63,844 bases of DNA, filler included, from Olpidium bornovanus S191 (GCA_017911155.1; 34 parts of 34 records of this genome joined end to end with filler, not necessarily neighbours in it), one strand, 5' to 3'; shown: positions 1-11,862, numbered from the whole stretch's first letter. Notes: generated from the letters alone by a model not told the origin. Made by a program: numbers and translations.

Positions 1-133
1 CTAGTTGCTGGAACGCAACAACGAAAAAAAAAAAACCCCCACCCCTAAGCCGTCTTTAGAAGAAAGCTCCCGGACGTGATTCCCGGCGCGCCTGCGACCC
101 GCTTTGAAGGCGGGAGGAAACGCCCAACCCCAC

Positions 134-170
<37 letters not shown>

Positions 171-540
171 CCCCCTTGGCACGCTTTCCTTCCCCGCGGC
201 AGCACCTGGCCCTCCTCTTAAAACTCAAACACCTACTCGAGGCGAGCGGGGAAAAGAGGGGGTGGGGGGGGAAGGAGCGGAGCGAGCGGGGGAGAGAGGG
301 GGGGGACGATGGGGGGCGAAGGAGAAAGGGAAGGGGGAAGGGAACGGGAAGAGGGGGAGGAGAGGAGAGGGCGGAGGGGAGACGGGAGACGGGAGATGGG
401 AAGTGCAGAGAGAGAGAGAGAACAGAGAGAAAGAAGAGAGAAAACGCGCGCGCGCGAGAGTGCGTGTGTGTGTATGTGTGTGTGCGCGCGCGCGGACGAC
501 CGTGAGCGGCGGGGGGAGGGGGGGGGGGGGGGGGGGCTGT

Positions 541-572
<32 letters not shown>

Positions 573-839
573 AAAGGGGGGCGGGGGGGGGGGGGGGGGG
601 GGGGGTGATCGGAGGCGGCGCTGCGCGCTACTGTGTGTGTTGTTACAAGCCGGCTCTGCGCCCCGGCTGGCGGGCAGCGGGCGCGAAGCTCTCCTTCAGA
701 ACGGGATTCTCAACGAGCTCGTTTGGCTGACTGTTGCCTCCGCGTACTTCGCCGCCAGTCGCGCTTCCACGGCTTCGTCCGATCCCACGTGGTACAGATA
801 AAGAGACAAAAAAAGGGACAAAAAAAAAAACCTGACCAG

Positions 840-1139
840 GGCCGCCTCCACAAACTTTTGTCAAATGCCAGGCGGCGACCACGGCCCGGAGGGCCAGAGC
901 GTTTCGGCCGACCAACAGTGCCGGCCGCCCCGCGTGGCGCAGCAGAAAATATGCCACGGGCGCGTGTCCAACTTGGAGGCTCACGTTCCCCGCCAGTGGT
1001 GGATGACGTTGTTTGCCGACGAGGTTTATCTCAAGACCGACGGCGACGTCGTCGAAGACCCGGAGATCACCCGAGAAGAGATCCGCGTTCTGGAGCAGAA
1101 CCCCAGAGTCCTCGAAATTTTTCTTCGAGGGAGTGCGAT
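840..1139 (+). CDS. Exon of a class I SAM-dependent methyltransferase (N-terminal part; gene truncated by contig end)
   Basis: GRVSNLEAHVPRQWWMTLFADEVYLKTDGDVVEDPEITREEIR resembles the WW..F...YLKTDGDVVE motif I recall at the N-terminus of a prokaryote/basal-fungal methyltransferase family. Bounded by a CAG acceptor (~840) and a GTGAGT donor (1140). Confidence 0.6.
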
Positions 1140-1164
1140 GTGAGTTTGCCGGAAAAGCGCGGAA

Positions 1165-1264
1165 NNNNNNNNNNNNNNNNNNNNNNNNNNNNNNNNNNNN
1201 NNNNNNNNTTAATTAATTAANNNNNNNNNNNNNNNNNNNNNNNNNNNNNNNNNNNNNNNNNNNN
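1165..1264. other. Artificial contig spacer (first of 33 equivalent ~100-nt N/TTAATTAATTAA/N linkers across the window)
   Basis: The same N-run + TTAATTAATTAA (stops in all six frames) + N-run structure recurs 33 times; sequence content changes abruptly across each. Confidence 0.99.
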
Positions 1265-1276
1265 CAGACGCCTTCG

Positions 1277-1434
1277 TTTTTTTTGTTTTTGTTTTTTTTG
1301 TTTTTTTTGTTTTTGTTTTTTTTGTTTTTGTTTTTTTGTTTTTTTTGTTTTTTTTGTTTTTTTTTTGTTTTTTTTTGTTTTTTTTGTTTTTTTTTGTTTT
1401 TTTTGTTTTTTTTTTGTTTTTTTTTGTTTTTTTT
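1277..1434 (+). repeat. Degenerate (T)nG low-complexity repeat
   Basis: Runs of 4-9 T separated by single G. Confidence 0.95.
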
Positions 1435-1481
1435 GGGTGGGACACGTTTCGTCTTTTTCGCTTACACGTCCCTTAAGTCCA

Positions 1482-1823
1482 CTAGGGTCCCGACGCGTGC
1501 GGGGAAATGTATCGTATAATCGTTCCGTGCAGTGTAACAATAGAAATCCCCGTACCAAGCGCATCCCAGTAGCTTGTTTGGACCGGCTCCGACGCAGTGT
1601 CACCAGTTTGACCGCCTTTGCCACCCGGTTCTCGGGCAACAGTCGCCGCGTAGAAAGCGGCGGGGGACCGCCTCGTTGCGGCCGACCCTCCCTCGCTCCA
1701 CCCCTGCGTCGCGACCTGCAGCGGATGCGAAGCGCGCGTGGAGGGAGCACCGTGCGCTCGTTCCAGCGACGCCACCGCCGAGAACGCGCAGAGCGCCAGC
1801 ACAGAAGTATGCTATATAAATAT
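1482..1823 (-). pseudogene. Possible pseudogenised small secreted protein
   Basis: ORF starts with hydrophobic VLALCAFSAVASLERAHGAP. Upstream in-frame codons ATA TTT ATA TAG would read M-F-x-Q if two CpA/TpG>TpA changes are reverted. Confidence 0.3.
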
Positions 1824-1944
1824 AAGTTATTAGGTTACAGCTAGCTTACCCTTTTAAGGTAACTATTAATAGGTTAAAATATATGGTCCTACTACAGGTT
1901 GGTTTCCTAATCGATATGGTGCAAATGCATTTAGTTCATTTTCA

Positions 1945-1986
1945 ATCTCTCTCTCCATCTCTCTCTCCATCTCTCTCTCCATCTCT

Positions 1987-2018
<32 letters not shown>

Positions 2019-2067
2019 GCTCTCTGCTCTCTCTCTGCTCTCTGCTCTCTCTCTCTCTCTGCTCTCT

Positions 2068-2106
<39 letters not shown>

Positions 2107-2119
2107 GTGCGCGTCTCTC

Positions 2120-2150
<31 letters not shown>
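1945..2150 (+). repeat. (CT)n microsatellite with CTCTCTCTCCAT and CTCTG variants
   Basis: Directly visible. Confidence 0.95.
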
Positions 2151-2156
<6 letters not shown>

Positions 2157-2267
2157 ACCCTCCCGCCTTTCCGCTTTCCGCTCTCCGCTCTCCGTTTTCT
2201 GCTCTCCTCGGGGGCTTTGAATCTGCCGCCGCGGCCCCCTCCGCGCCCCCCCCCCCCCCTCTGCAAC

Positions 2268-2414
2268 TGTTGAAATAAAGGGGCAAAAATAAAGGGGGGA
2301 CGCTGCGCAGCGGGCACACTACGCACACCAGCCCCTGTGCGCCCTTGTAGAATCGTCAGATCCCCGACATATAAAGTAGGCCCCGCCGAGCTAGAAAGTC
2401 GACAAAAATATACA
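2268..2414 (+). mobile_element. LTR fragment (same family as the solo LTR at 63113-63311), truncated by contig end
   Basis: Starts TGTTGA. Shares cccttgtagaat..cag.tccccgacatataaa.g.aggcc...agctag.aaagt with 63190-63250. Confidence 0.7.
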
Positions 2415-2559
2415 NNNNNNNNNNNNNNNNNNNNNNNNNNNNNNNNNNNNNNNNNNNNTTAATTAATTAANNNNNNNNNNNNNNNNNNNNNNNNNNNNNN
2501 NNNNNNNNNNNNNNAAGCTCCTCGTCGCCGACGCAATAGGCTAGTGGACGACATTAACA

Positions 2560-2790
2560 ATGTGGACAAGCCTGGCGGCCCTCGGGAAGGCCTGAAGCCC
2601 ACGCAAACGATACGCCGGCGTCAGACAGTTCCATGTGGACGGTCCGTTAATCCTGTTAACCGCCGCACTGGCACGTCAGTCCGGTATATGGGCCATCCGC
2701 GGAGTGCGGCCGCGGCAATGACCATGCGCGTCACCGCGGAATTCGCGACCTGTTCGTCAACTTTGTTTATGTCGTTCGTGGGAGCGAGGC
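2560..2790 (-). pseudogene. Highly degenerate Ty1/copia reverse transcriptase fragment
   Basis: VTRMVIAAAALRGWPIYRTDV resembles copia RT (R.ll..aa..gw.i.q.DV); frameshifted downstream. Confidence 0.35.
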
Positions 2791-3563
2791 AGTGGGAGAG
2801 AAATACGCGGGAAAATGCGCTATGTAGGGCCGCGATCGAAACCCAAACAGCCAACACCGGAACCAAACAGGCGTGGTACCTTATAATTCAGTAATAAGTA
2901 ATATTCATGCCTCAATTATTACCTTATTACTATATAAATAGCATTACAATGTTAAGCCAGTGCCAAAACTAAAACAATCAACATCAAAAGAGGCTGGCGG
3001 GCTGGGTAGAGCGTCTTTAAGAGTTAAAAATTGTCATTTTCTCGTACATTGTCAGTCAACATAACGCCCAAGTTTCGGGGTTTTAAAATTGTTTGCCCCA
3101 ACGTTATTATCTGGCTTTCCGGCAGCAAACGAAAATCGTTCTCTCGTACGTAGTCATATTGACAGTTATACGTAGATAGCTGCTTGACGCGAATGTGAGA
3201 CGACCTTAATGTCGGAGGCAAAAAATTTTTTTTCTTTTTTTTTGTGGGGGAGGGGGGGGGCGGGCTTTATTTAAAACAAAGCGAATTACTTTTGCGCTTG
3301 GCTTTATAATCGAATTGAATAATGCGAAGGAGGAAGAACTTTTATTTTGATTGGTAATCTCGGGGTATAAAATAAGCGAAAGGCATCAATGTTGAAACGT
3401 CCGGCAGGATATTGCTGCAATTGAGCAAGGAAAACGGAAATGAACGGGGAAGGATGGGCGTTGGTTGTCGGATCCCACGGGTAGTTTTGGTACTTGTTGA
3501 TTGTATGCATTCTTGGAGAAATGGCGACGACCTTCTTCGGCCGCACCCGCGCGGACGTAAAAG

Positions 3564-4929
3564 CTAGCTCCGCATATGGGGCGCCGTGAAATTGATCCCA
3601 GGCAGCGGAGATATACCGAGCGGCGTGTTACGACCGCCCAATTTCGGCTCCACAAACACGACGACAATGGACGCGATCACGGCGCCAAGGATGAGAACTG
3701 TAACCAGGATGAAAATTCTGTCCGTGGCGATTTTCCTGCAAAAAAAAAAAAATTGGTTTGTGGGTGCCTTATAAGCGCCGCGCCCCTGGCAGAAGCGGTA
3801 ACCGACTTTTTGCGTCGTCGGACCAGTCCCCGGCAAACAAAAAAAAAATTAATTGTCGCACCTTAGCAGATGTCGCAACTGCTTGTCTGCCCTCTTTAGG
3901 TTAGACTCGAGCTCGTCCATGTTTTCGTTCACGCGGTCAATTATTTCTGTCTGAGCCTTCAGCTGGACTGCCGTGTTCGTCCCCACCTTTTTTGCACGAG
4001 GAAAAGAAAGATCGAGCAATAAAAAAACGAAAAAAGAAAAAAAAAATTTCCCGTCTGTTTACGGTTCCGCTGCGCGGAATTTTTCGCGGTAGCCTTCTAC
4101 TCCTCCCTCCCCCCCGGGAAGCGACGGGGGATCGTCACCTGGATGGTCTGGCTCAACACCTGCTTCGCCCGGGCTGTGGAGGCCACGCTGGCGCACTGGA
4201 CGGCTTTTGCGGCGTTCACAATTTCCTTCGTCCCCATGGATTCAGCTGCTGGCCGGATGGGGTTCAAAATTACTTGGGTATAGAAGACTTTTCCCCCCTC
4301 CTTTAGGTGAAAACTTCGCAATATTTCACACACCCATGTACGTATTTTTTTTTTCCGGTCGACCGGCATTTTCACCTACCCCTGCGGCAGGACTCGCTTT
4401 CTCCGGCGGCGACTGCCCAGGCGAGGTCCTGCTGTAGTTGGTTCAATTCGGAGTCGTGCTTCCGGTATTTCTGGATTTGGCAAGGTCCCGGCGATTTCGC
4501 TTCGTCAAGCGGGGAGCCGCGGCCGATTTGAAAGGGGGGGCCGCTTGGCGTCGGGGCCCGTATCTGCCAGTGTGGCACTCAGTGGCCGTGGGATGGTTAA
4601 TGCCGCACCTCATTGTACTCCCCGGCGTACAACGCCGGGAGCTCCCTCAGCTCAACTTGGAAACTTCTCAGAACCTGTTTGGCGCGCGCGTGCCGGTTTT
4701 TTAGGTAATCACATTTCTGCGAAAGAGGCGAATCGAAGGGCACGGAAGGCAAAATATCGCGTTGCGGTTTATTAGATATTTTTGGGAAATCCGATGCCGA
4801 GCTGTTGAGCGGGTGCGATCTTTCCACTTGCACTCCCGTCTGTCCCTCTCACTCTCGCTGCATCCCCTCACCTCCAACCGCGCTGCACCTGTAAGCCTGG
4901 ACACCTCGTCCTTGAGGCAGGTTTGCATG
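3564..4929 (-). CDS. NPSN: NPSN-type (novel plant SNARE-like) Qb-SNARE, multi-exon, 5' truncated
   Basis: Spliced exons give VGTNTAVQLKAQTEIIDRVNENMDELESNLKRADKQLRHLLR|KIATDRIFILVTVLILGAVIASIVVVFV, matching the NPSN SNARE motif + ATD + TM tail. Upstream helical exons (KNRHARAKQVLRSFQVELREL). Confidence 0.8.
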
Positions 4930-5348
4930 NNNNNNNNNNNNNNNNNNNNNNNNNNNNNNNNNNNNNNNNNNNNTTAATTAATTAANNNNNNNNNNNNNNN
5001 NNNNNNNNNNNNNNNNNNNNNNNNNNNNNAGCGGGCCACCGGTATCATCGAGATTGGTGACGTCCGTGACGTCGTACGTCAATACATGGACGGTTCTTTT
5101 TTTTTTTTTTTTTTTTTTTTGACAGCGAGTCTGCGGGTTGGGCTCACAACCTCTGAGCTCACGCGGGGGGAGCTGACTCTGTTCCTTTGCGCCGCGCTAC
5201 TCCCACAGAGAGAGGAGGAATTTCCTGGGAAGGGGAATTTTGGGTGGGCCACAGTGCTTCCGCTCGGGCCTCGGCCCCTCTTCCCCCCTGTTTTACCCCC
5301 TTTTTCCGCCGCCCCCCCCCCCACTGGGCCCCCCCCTTTCCCCCAAAC

Positions 5349-5400
<52 letters not shown>

Positions 5401-5706
5401 CTACGGCGCGCCCCACGGTGGTCCCATCCCTCCCCGCTTTTCCTGTTCTCTCTCTCTCTTTACGTCTCTCTGGTCTCTCTCTCTCTCTCTCCCTGTTTCT
5501 CTCTCGCCTAAATCCAGCAAGACAAGGCTTCGTTTATTTTGTTATTATTTTTTTTTGTTGTTGTTTCCCAGCCGAGCCCGCTTCCCCGCCCCTCTCTCGC
5601 CCCCCTCAAATCCACCCCCGCCCTTCCGAAATCCGCCCGCCGCCCCCTCTCCTTCCCCCTTCCCCCGGCCCCCCGGGGGGGAAGAGAGAGGGGCCCCGCT
5701 TCCGCC

Positions 5707-6445
5707 ATGGCCAGGGACCCCCTGGCCTTCTTCTTCGCTCCGGAGCCCTCGTCGTCCCGCGACGCCAGGGACCCCGCCGCCGCCGCCGCCGCCGTCAGGA
5801 TGGCCAGGCCGCGCCGCAAGGGCCCGCCCGCCTGCGGGCTGCCCTCCGGAGGAGGACCAGGAGGCGCACCAGCAGGAGCTGGACCGGGAGGAGGGGCGCC
5901 CGGAACAGCAGCAGCGCCGGGAGGAGGAGGAGGAGGAGCAGGAGGGGGACTCCCGCAACCCCCCGCCCTCTGGCCGCCGTCAACCTCGGTCTGCCCCTCC
6001 CCGTCCTCCTACAAGACCAAAATTCGCCTCACCGCCCCCGTCAGCTCCTCCGCCTTGGCCGCAGACACCCTCACCGCCGTCATCAACAACCCGAACGCCG
6101 ATGCGGGAATCCCCGGGTCCGCCGCGTCTTTGGGCTTTGAAATGCTGGAGTACGACCCGCTGGCGGAGCCCCAGCCACCGGAGTTTGCCCTCGACGACGC
6201 CCCTATGGCCCACCCCCTCGCCGCGGGCGTGTCCGCCGCAACGGCGCGGGAGTCTTCCGCCGCGCCGGACCGGAAGCCTCCCGCCGCCGCCGGCCAGCGG
6301 AGAAGCCAGAGCAAGGACGGCTTTTTCGGCGCCCGCCGGCGCGCCGTGAGGCGCTCCAGCGACGAGTCCGCGTCCACGACCGTGAGCGGCCGTCGGCAGA
6401 GCACCGCCTCGTCGGGGTTCTTTTCCAGGATGTCCCCGAGGCAGT
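5707..6445 (+). CDS. Hypothetical disordered Ser/Ala/Pro-rich protein (partial)
   Basis: GCCATGG start context and GC3-rich codons; no family recognised. Confidence 0.45.
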
Positions 6446-8541
6446 ACGTGGCCTTCCCGACTTCCCCGGTGTCTTCCAGGCACCCTTCGCCGCAGCGCGA
6501 CGACTTCTTCGCCGGCGTGGAGTTGCTGTCGGCGCCCGCCCGTCACAAGTGCCCGGGCCTGCTGTCGGCACGCGGCTGGTTCGTTGCTTTTCGTTTTCCT
6601 TGCGGCCCTTGCACCTTAGGCGCTCTTTGCGTTTCACGCGCGTTAAAATTCCAAGCCGGCCCTCTTCCTCCCCTCCCCCCCGCCCACTCACCCCCCGACC
6701 CCGGCTGTGGGTCTCACTTTTCTTTTATTTGTTTTCTTTGGTTGAGCGGTCTCAGTGATCAAGGCCGGCGAGCTTCGTTTTCTTGTGTAGGATCAGCAGC
6801 CTCGACGTCTGCTGCACTGCCAGGTGCGAAAGCGCGGGACGCTGGCGCGCTCGCCAGCACTGTTATTCCGGAGGAGTCGGACGCCGCGATACCGTCCATC
6901 GTCACGCTGTGTGAGGCACCTTTTTACCAAAATCGGACCGCGGAAGTCTTCTACGGTAAAGTAACGGCATTTGCTGGAAGCGTTGTTGTGCTTGCCTGCG
7001 GTGTACCAAGGTCTTCGCAGCTGACGCGTGTTCGCTGTTACTTGCAACTCCAGATCCGACTTATATATCCTCCACGTACGTATTTCCAGGCGTAGACGGG
7101 CTTGATACCCCTCAATACGAGCAGCCTCGTCCATGGCCNNNNNNNNNNNNNNNNNNNNNNNNNNNNNNNNNNNNNNNNNNNNTTAATTAATTAANNNNNN
7201 NNNNNNNNNNNNNNNNNNNNNNNNNNNNNNNNNNNNNNGAGACGAATTCAAATCGGTCTCGAAGGGCGTACGTCTTGCCACCAATTTAAGGGCGCAGTAA
7301 TATCGGCACACGGCACCCCTGCCTAGTCACCAAGCACCACCTGTTACTTCACGACATGAAGAGTCAGCCGACGAGCTCATGGCATCCTACAACCCCAGCA
7401 TTAAGATATCAGCGTTTTCGAAAGAAGTTGGAAAACGTATGCTTTGAACCGCACCGGTAGCTTTTGTCTCCTTTGGGACATCGTCCAGAGTCTGGGCCCC
7501 ACTCGCGGGGTTCTTTGATTTTTCTTCAATTGGCCCATCTTCATTTTGAATTCGGCAATGCCGTTCTGAACCATTTTGGCGATTTGATCCGGTTATAATT
7601 ATCAACGCCGGATAGCAGTCGCAGCATTTAAACGCGGGTTCACCGCTGGCCAGCGTCCGCGGCGCGCGCGCCGCTTCTTTCTCGTTGGTCAGTCGATCTA
7701 AAACGTTTATCAAGATATCTAAGCAGACAATTTACCGTTTGCCGCCGGAATTTTTTTTTTTGTTGTTGTTGTTGCCATCCCTTGGGCTCAGATTTTCTCT
7801 CCAAGTTCCCGCTTGAAGCAAAAAATGACGCCGACAACGGAAACGTTTTATTTTATTTTTTTTTCTTTTCTTTTCTCGGTTTCCGGCGTCGATTTGGGGG
7901 TAACGGGCCGTTTTTGCCCTACGGGAAACGATTCCCCAGCGGAAACGCTAGCAAAAAGTAAATAAATAAATAAATAAATAAATTTGTGCATAAATCGCGA
8001 TGGGTGAAGGGGACTTTTTAATGATGCCCCTCTTTGATGAACAAAGTATCGCATCTTAAGCGAAATTTTACAAACAAAGCCAAATTCGCACGCAGGGGCC
8101 AAAAAAAAAAGGATGACGGTGGAAATTGACTAGCGCTCGAGGACACGGGCGCAACCCGGGGGAACTCTTCGTCCTGGTTTGCCCGATTTGGCCTTTCCGC
8201 TGGGCGGTGGTTGCAGTGGGGGCCTCCCCCTCCCCCCAACAGGACCAGCAATCGTCATTTTCGAGGTTCTGGGGAGTTAAAACATCTGCGTCGCGCCAAT
8301 TACGAGCACGGAAACGAGAGCGGACCCGCATCCTTATCGGGCAGCATGACGTCCCAGACCCTTTTCTGGAGCGGGCGAGGAGCTTTTGTCGCCTGATCAA
8401 CAGGATGAATGCACGCCCGAGAAGCTCGGCTCGTCCCCAACATGATCCCACCGTGTGCTTTGGGATCCGGTCATTTCCTTTCTCGGCTTAAGGAGCGATT
8501 GATCAGTTGGTGGACTCGTTTTTTGGTTTATTATTTTCACT

Positions 8542-8584
<43 letters not shown>

Positions 8585-10324
8585 AAACTTTTAAAGTCCG
8601 GGAAACCCTTTCTCCCCCCCCAAACTTTTTTCAACCACCGGGGCCCGCTCCAAAACCTTGCACCCCCCCCGTGCGCCCTTTTTAATGTGTTATATTTGTC
8701 ANNNNNNNNNNNNNNNNNNNNNNNNNNNNNNNNNNNNNNNNNNNNTTAATTAATTAANNNNNNNNNNNNNNNNNNNNNNNNNNNNNNNNNNNNNNNNNNN
8801 NCATGAAGATTGGCGGGAATCAACGGACGGTCGCTTGGAAAATGCTCGGGGGAAGAGCAAAATTCTGCAAGGTCGGCGCGGGCATTGTTAGGCGCGGCCG
8901 TCGCCGTCTGCGGTCGACTTATTGAAAGACTTCTGCTTTTTGGCCCCTGCTTGGATGACCCTTTCCGATTGATATCGGTGGCGAGATCATCGAGATTGCC
9001 CGGGAACAGCGGCTACTGCTCGCCGGAAGACGTCAAAAGGTTTATCGATTTATTGAGCGGTCAGCGCCAGGAATCGAGGGTGGCATGTAACAAAGTGCTG
9101 ATGGCATTAAAGGACGCAGTGTACATACGCTTCGACGAAGCTTTCTCGATGCATCCGTGAATTCGTGGATTGTTTCCATAGTGCAAGAGAAGGAGCTTCT
9201 TCAAACTCAGGCCAAGTGGCCGACACATCATCGGAGATTCCGAGGTGAGAAAACCACAAACGCCGCAGGCATTCCGTCAAATTTAACTTCTGTCAAATCT
9301 GCTTGGACTTTGGAATCGACGGCGTTGAGGAGGAAATATCGATCCATTTTAGAGATGCTGTTCCCCCCTTGCCGTCATATTTCGGGATTTCGGCAAAAAA
9401 AAAAACGTCAGAGAGTTTTTTTTAGAAAAAAGTGCCGTTTCCCGAGGGTGCTTCAACGTCGGATCGTTTTTGTTTCCGCTCCACGGCGTCGAAGTTGTGC
9501 CTGAGCCTCGGCCGGAGCGGCACGAAATAGAGTCGACATCATCGAGCGAAGACTCGACAGTCCCGGACGCCCGCGGAAGATGACCGCGGAAGACGCCCGC
9601 GGAGGACGCTTAGTCGGGCGACGAAGAGCTCGGATGCGGAGGAGGGACGGTCACGTGACCCGCGAGCCCGCAGCAACGCCACAAGCGGTACCCCCCCGCC
9701 AACCACGTCCCCTCCCCTCCTTGGTGTCAAAAGACTGCCCCCGCCAGCAACCACGCGAACATGGAGCCCCGCGTGGGGACGCGACCGCGCGGAGGAGGGT
9801 CCACAACCGCGTCCGCGACAGCGCGGACGAGGAACGGAGTCTCTCGCCGCTCTGCCTCGCCGCTCGGACGGGGACATGACTAGCCCTTTGCACGTTCCGT
9901 AGTCCGCTCCCCATGAATTAAGGAAGTCCTTCTCCCTTCCCTAACTCGTTAGCCTCGTCACCTTTCCCGTATCTCCCGCGCGGACCTGACGTTGCAATAA
10001 AAAGAGACTTGAACTTTGCCGAACCTTTGTCGCAGTACACGGGGCCTGGCGTGGGGTGCTGAGTACGGGATTGGAGTGTCGACAAAGTTGCCGCCCAGAC
10101 GGCCCGTAGAAAAAAAAATCGCTCTTTTTCCCGCTCGGTTCGCAGTTTTTCGCCTTCGTTGAACGGCATGGTTTACGCGGTTAAGAGAAGGCTGGGAAAG
10201 GGCGGGTGGAGCAGCACGTGAGCAGATAAGCGAACGACCCGAGGAATCGACCCGGGTTCGTCGCTCGGACGAGGGCGTTGTTGGGGGGGGGCGCGCCGCC
10301 TGCAAGGCGCATGCTCAGCGGAGT

Positions 10325-10610
10325 GTGTCGCCGAAAGCTTGATCGGCGAAAGGTGCGTTTGCCGGAAAAATGCGCTTTGGCGGGCGTGTGGCGCCAAAAG
10401 GCTCGATCGGGGCACGACGAGGCGTTATCGAAAAGTGGTGTGCCCGGCGAAGCGTGTCGCCCAAGGCTCGATCGGGGACGCGACGAAGCGCCGGCGAAGG
10501 TGTGCCTTGGCGGAGTGGGTCGCCGGAGGCTTGATCGGGGCAAGACGAAGCGCTGCCGAAGGTGTGCCTTGGCGGAGTGGGTCGCCGAAGGCTCGTTCGG
10601 GGCGTCGTCG
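10325..10610 (+). repeat. Degenerate ~62-63-bp tandem repeat, ~4.5 copies
   Basis: Recurring gtcgcc..aggct[ct]gatcgggg...gacgaagcg...gaaggtgtgccttggcggagtg units. Confidence 0.8.
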
Positions 10611-11415
10611 TTGCCGCTGCGCCCCTCAGGTCCAGGTTGGGCTCATAACCTGTCGAGTTGTGCGTTTAGCGGCGAGCAAAAACGCGTAATATAACGCGTA
10701 AGTGTGTACTGGTACACCGGCACAAAAACGGGGAGGGAGCTCGCTATTGATGGGGAGAGCGATCGAGGCTTCGAAGAGAACGACGAAAGGAAATGCGCTT
10801 AACACCGACCACATTGTTGGAATGAGAAAATGAGACAAGGCTGCGGCGTACGCAAGACGACACGTAACACAAGGTGAGAAATGACCGGTTTGAGGTAATC
10901 GATCCCGGATTGCTTAGTAAAACCTTTGGCAAGATTGGGTGCCACATTTATCAATGGAAAAATCGGGACAGCGCTTGGTGCAAAAGGCCCATTTACCCAC
11001 AACGACGGTGCCGAACGACACGCATTCGTAATTTCAACAGAGGTTTACCCCTCTTTCTGTAGTTACGTTAAGCAACGAAAGAGTAGCCTCCAAAAAAAGA
11101 GCTTAACTGGACCAGCCGTTGAAGACGGGCGCGTGCAGCATCTAAGACGCCGAGCGCAAGAAACGGATCGTCCAACACCTTCCCGGCGCCTAGATCAGCC
11201 CGCAGGTCACCGAGGCAGAGCCGAGTCTGAGTCACATCGGAAGGCTCTTCGGCCTTGACCGGTCAACCTTCGCATGCTGCGCCTTCAAGAGCAAAAGGCA
11301 GCCGCACCGCCGGATTGCACACACCGCGCGGCCGGCGTTTCTGATAATGCCGTCGGGTGCTTGCTCGTTCGTGACTGAGGGCTGTCTGGCATGGACGTTC
11401 GGTCGGAAAAAAGAG

Positions 11416-11762
11416 TTACGGGATTTCTTCATCGCTCTTTGTCGATTTTACAATGCCTCGGTAAACGTAGTAGTACACGGTTGTGGTGTCAGGTGCAACA
11501 ATCCCGAGCAGGTACCTGTCCGTCCCCGTTGTTGAAGCTGTCAACCAACAGCGTCGCGAAGTGATGCGGAATGGGGCGGAACAAACTTCAAGCTCCAACT
11601 GACTTTTCCGTCATGGGATCCAGAAAACGGAATACATCCTGCATGCTGGTTTGCGGGAAGTAGGGGGATAATGCGTTCGGGCTCGTGAGCGGGAACGGGA
11701 AAGGTCCTATGGACGCGGGGCGCTGCCGCGCCAAGCGTTGCGGAAAGGTTTGCCACGGCATA
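11416..11762 (-). CDS. SEN15: tRNA-splicing endonuclease subunit Sen15-like (C-terminal part)
   Basis: C-terminus RYLLGIVAPDTTTVYYYVYRGIVKS resembles the Sen15 motif ll.aiv..DsTvvYY....Giv.P. Exon structure not fully resolved. Confidence 0.6.
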
Positions 11763-11862
11763 NNNNNNNNNNNNNNNNNNNNNNNNNNNNNNNNNNNNNN
11801 NNNNNNTTAATTAATTAANNNNNNNNNNNNNNNNNNNNNNNNNNNNNNNNNNNNNNNNNNNN

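Noticed and set aside
1209-1220. Regularly recurring TTAATTAATTAA motif flanked by N runs, superficially like a repeat array
   Set aside because: Artificial contig linker with stops in six frames; every ORF ending in ...XXXLIN is a by-product.
5848-5965. Dual-frame segment: Gly/Ala/Pro-rich in the long ORF, Glu/Gln-rich with better GC3 in the shifted frame
   Set aside because: Could be compensating indels in homopolymers or simple GA-rich low complexity; cannot be resolved without reads and no programmed frameshift signal is evident.
7239-9500. Probable small exons of unidentified genes on two contigs
   Set aside because: No recognisable motif and frames cannot be fixed, so no call was made.
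10325-10610. CRISPR-like appearance of the ~63-bp array
   Set aside because: Units are homologous along their whole length, with no unique spacers or cas genes, in a eukaryotic context.
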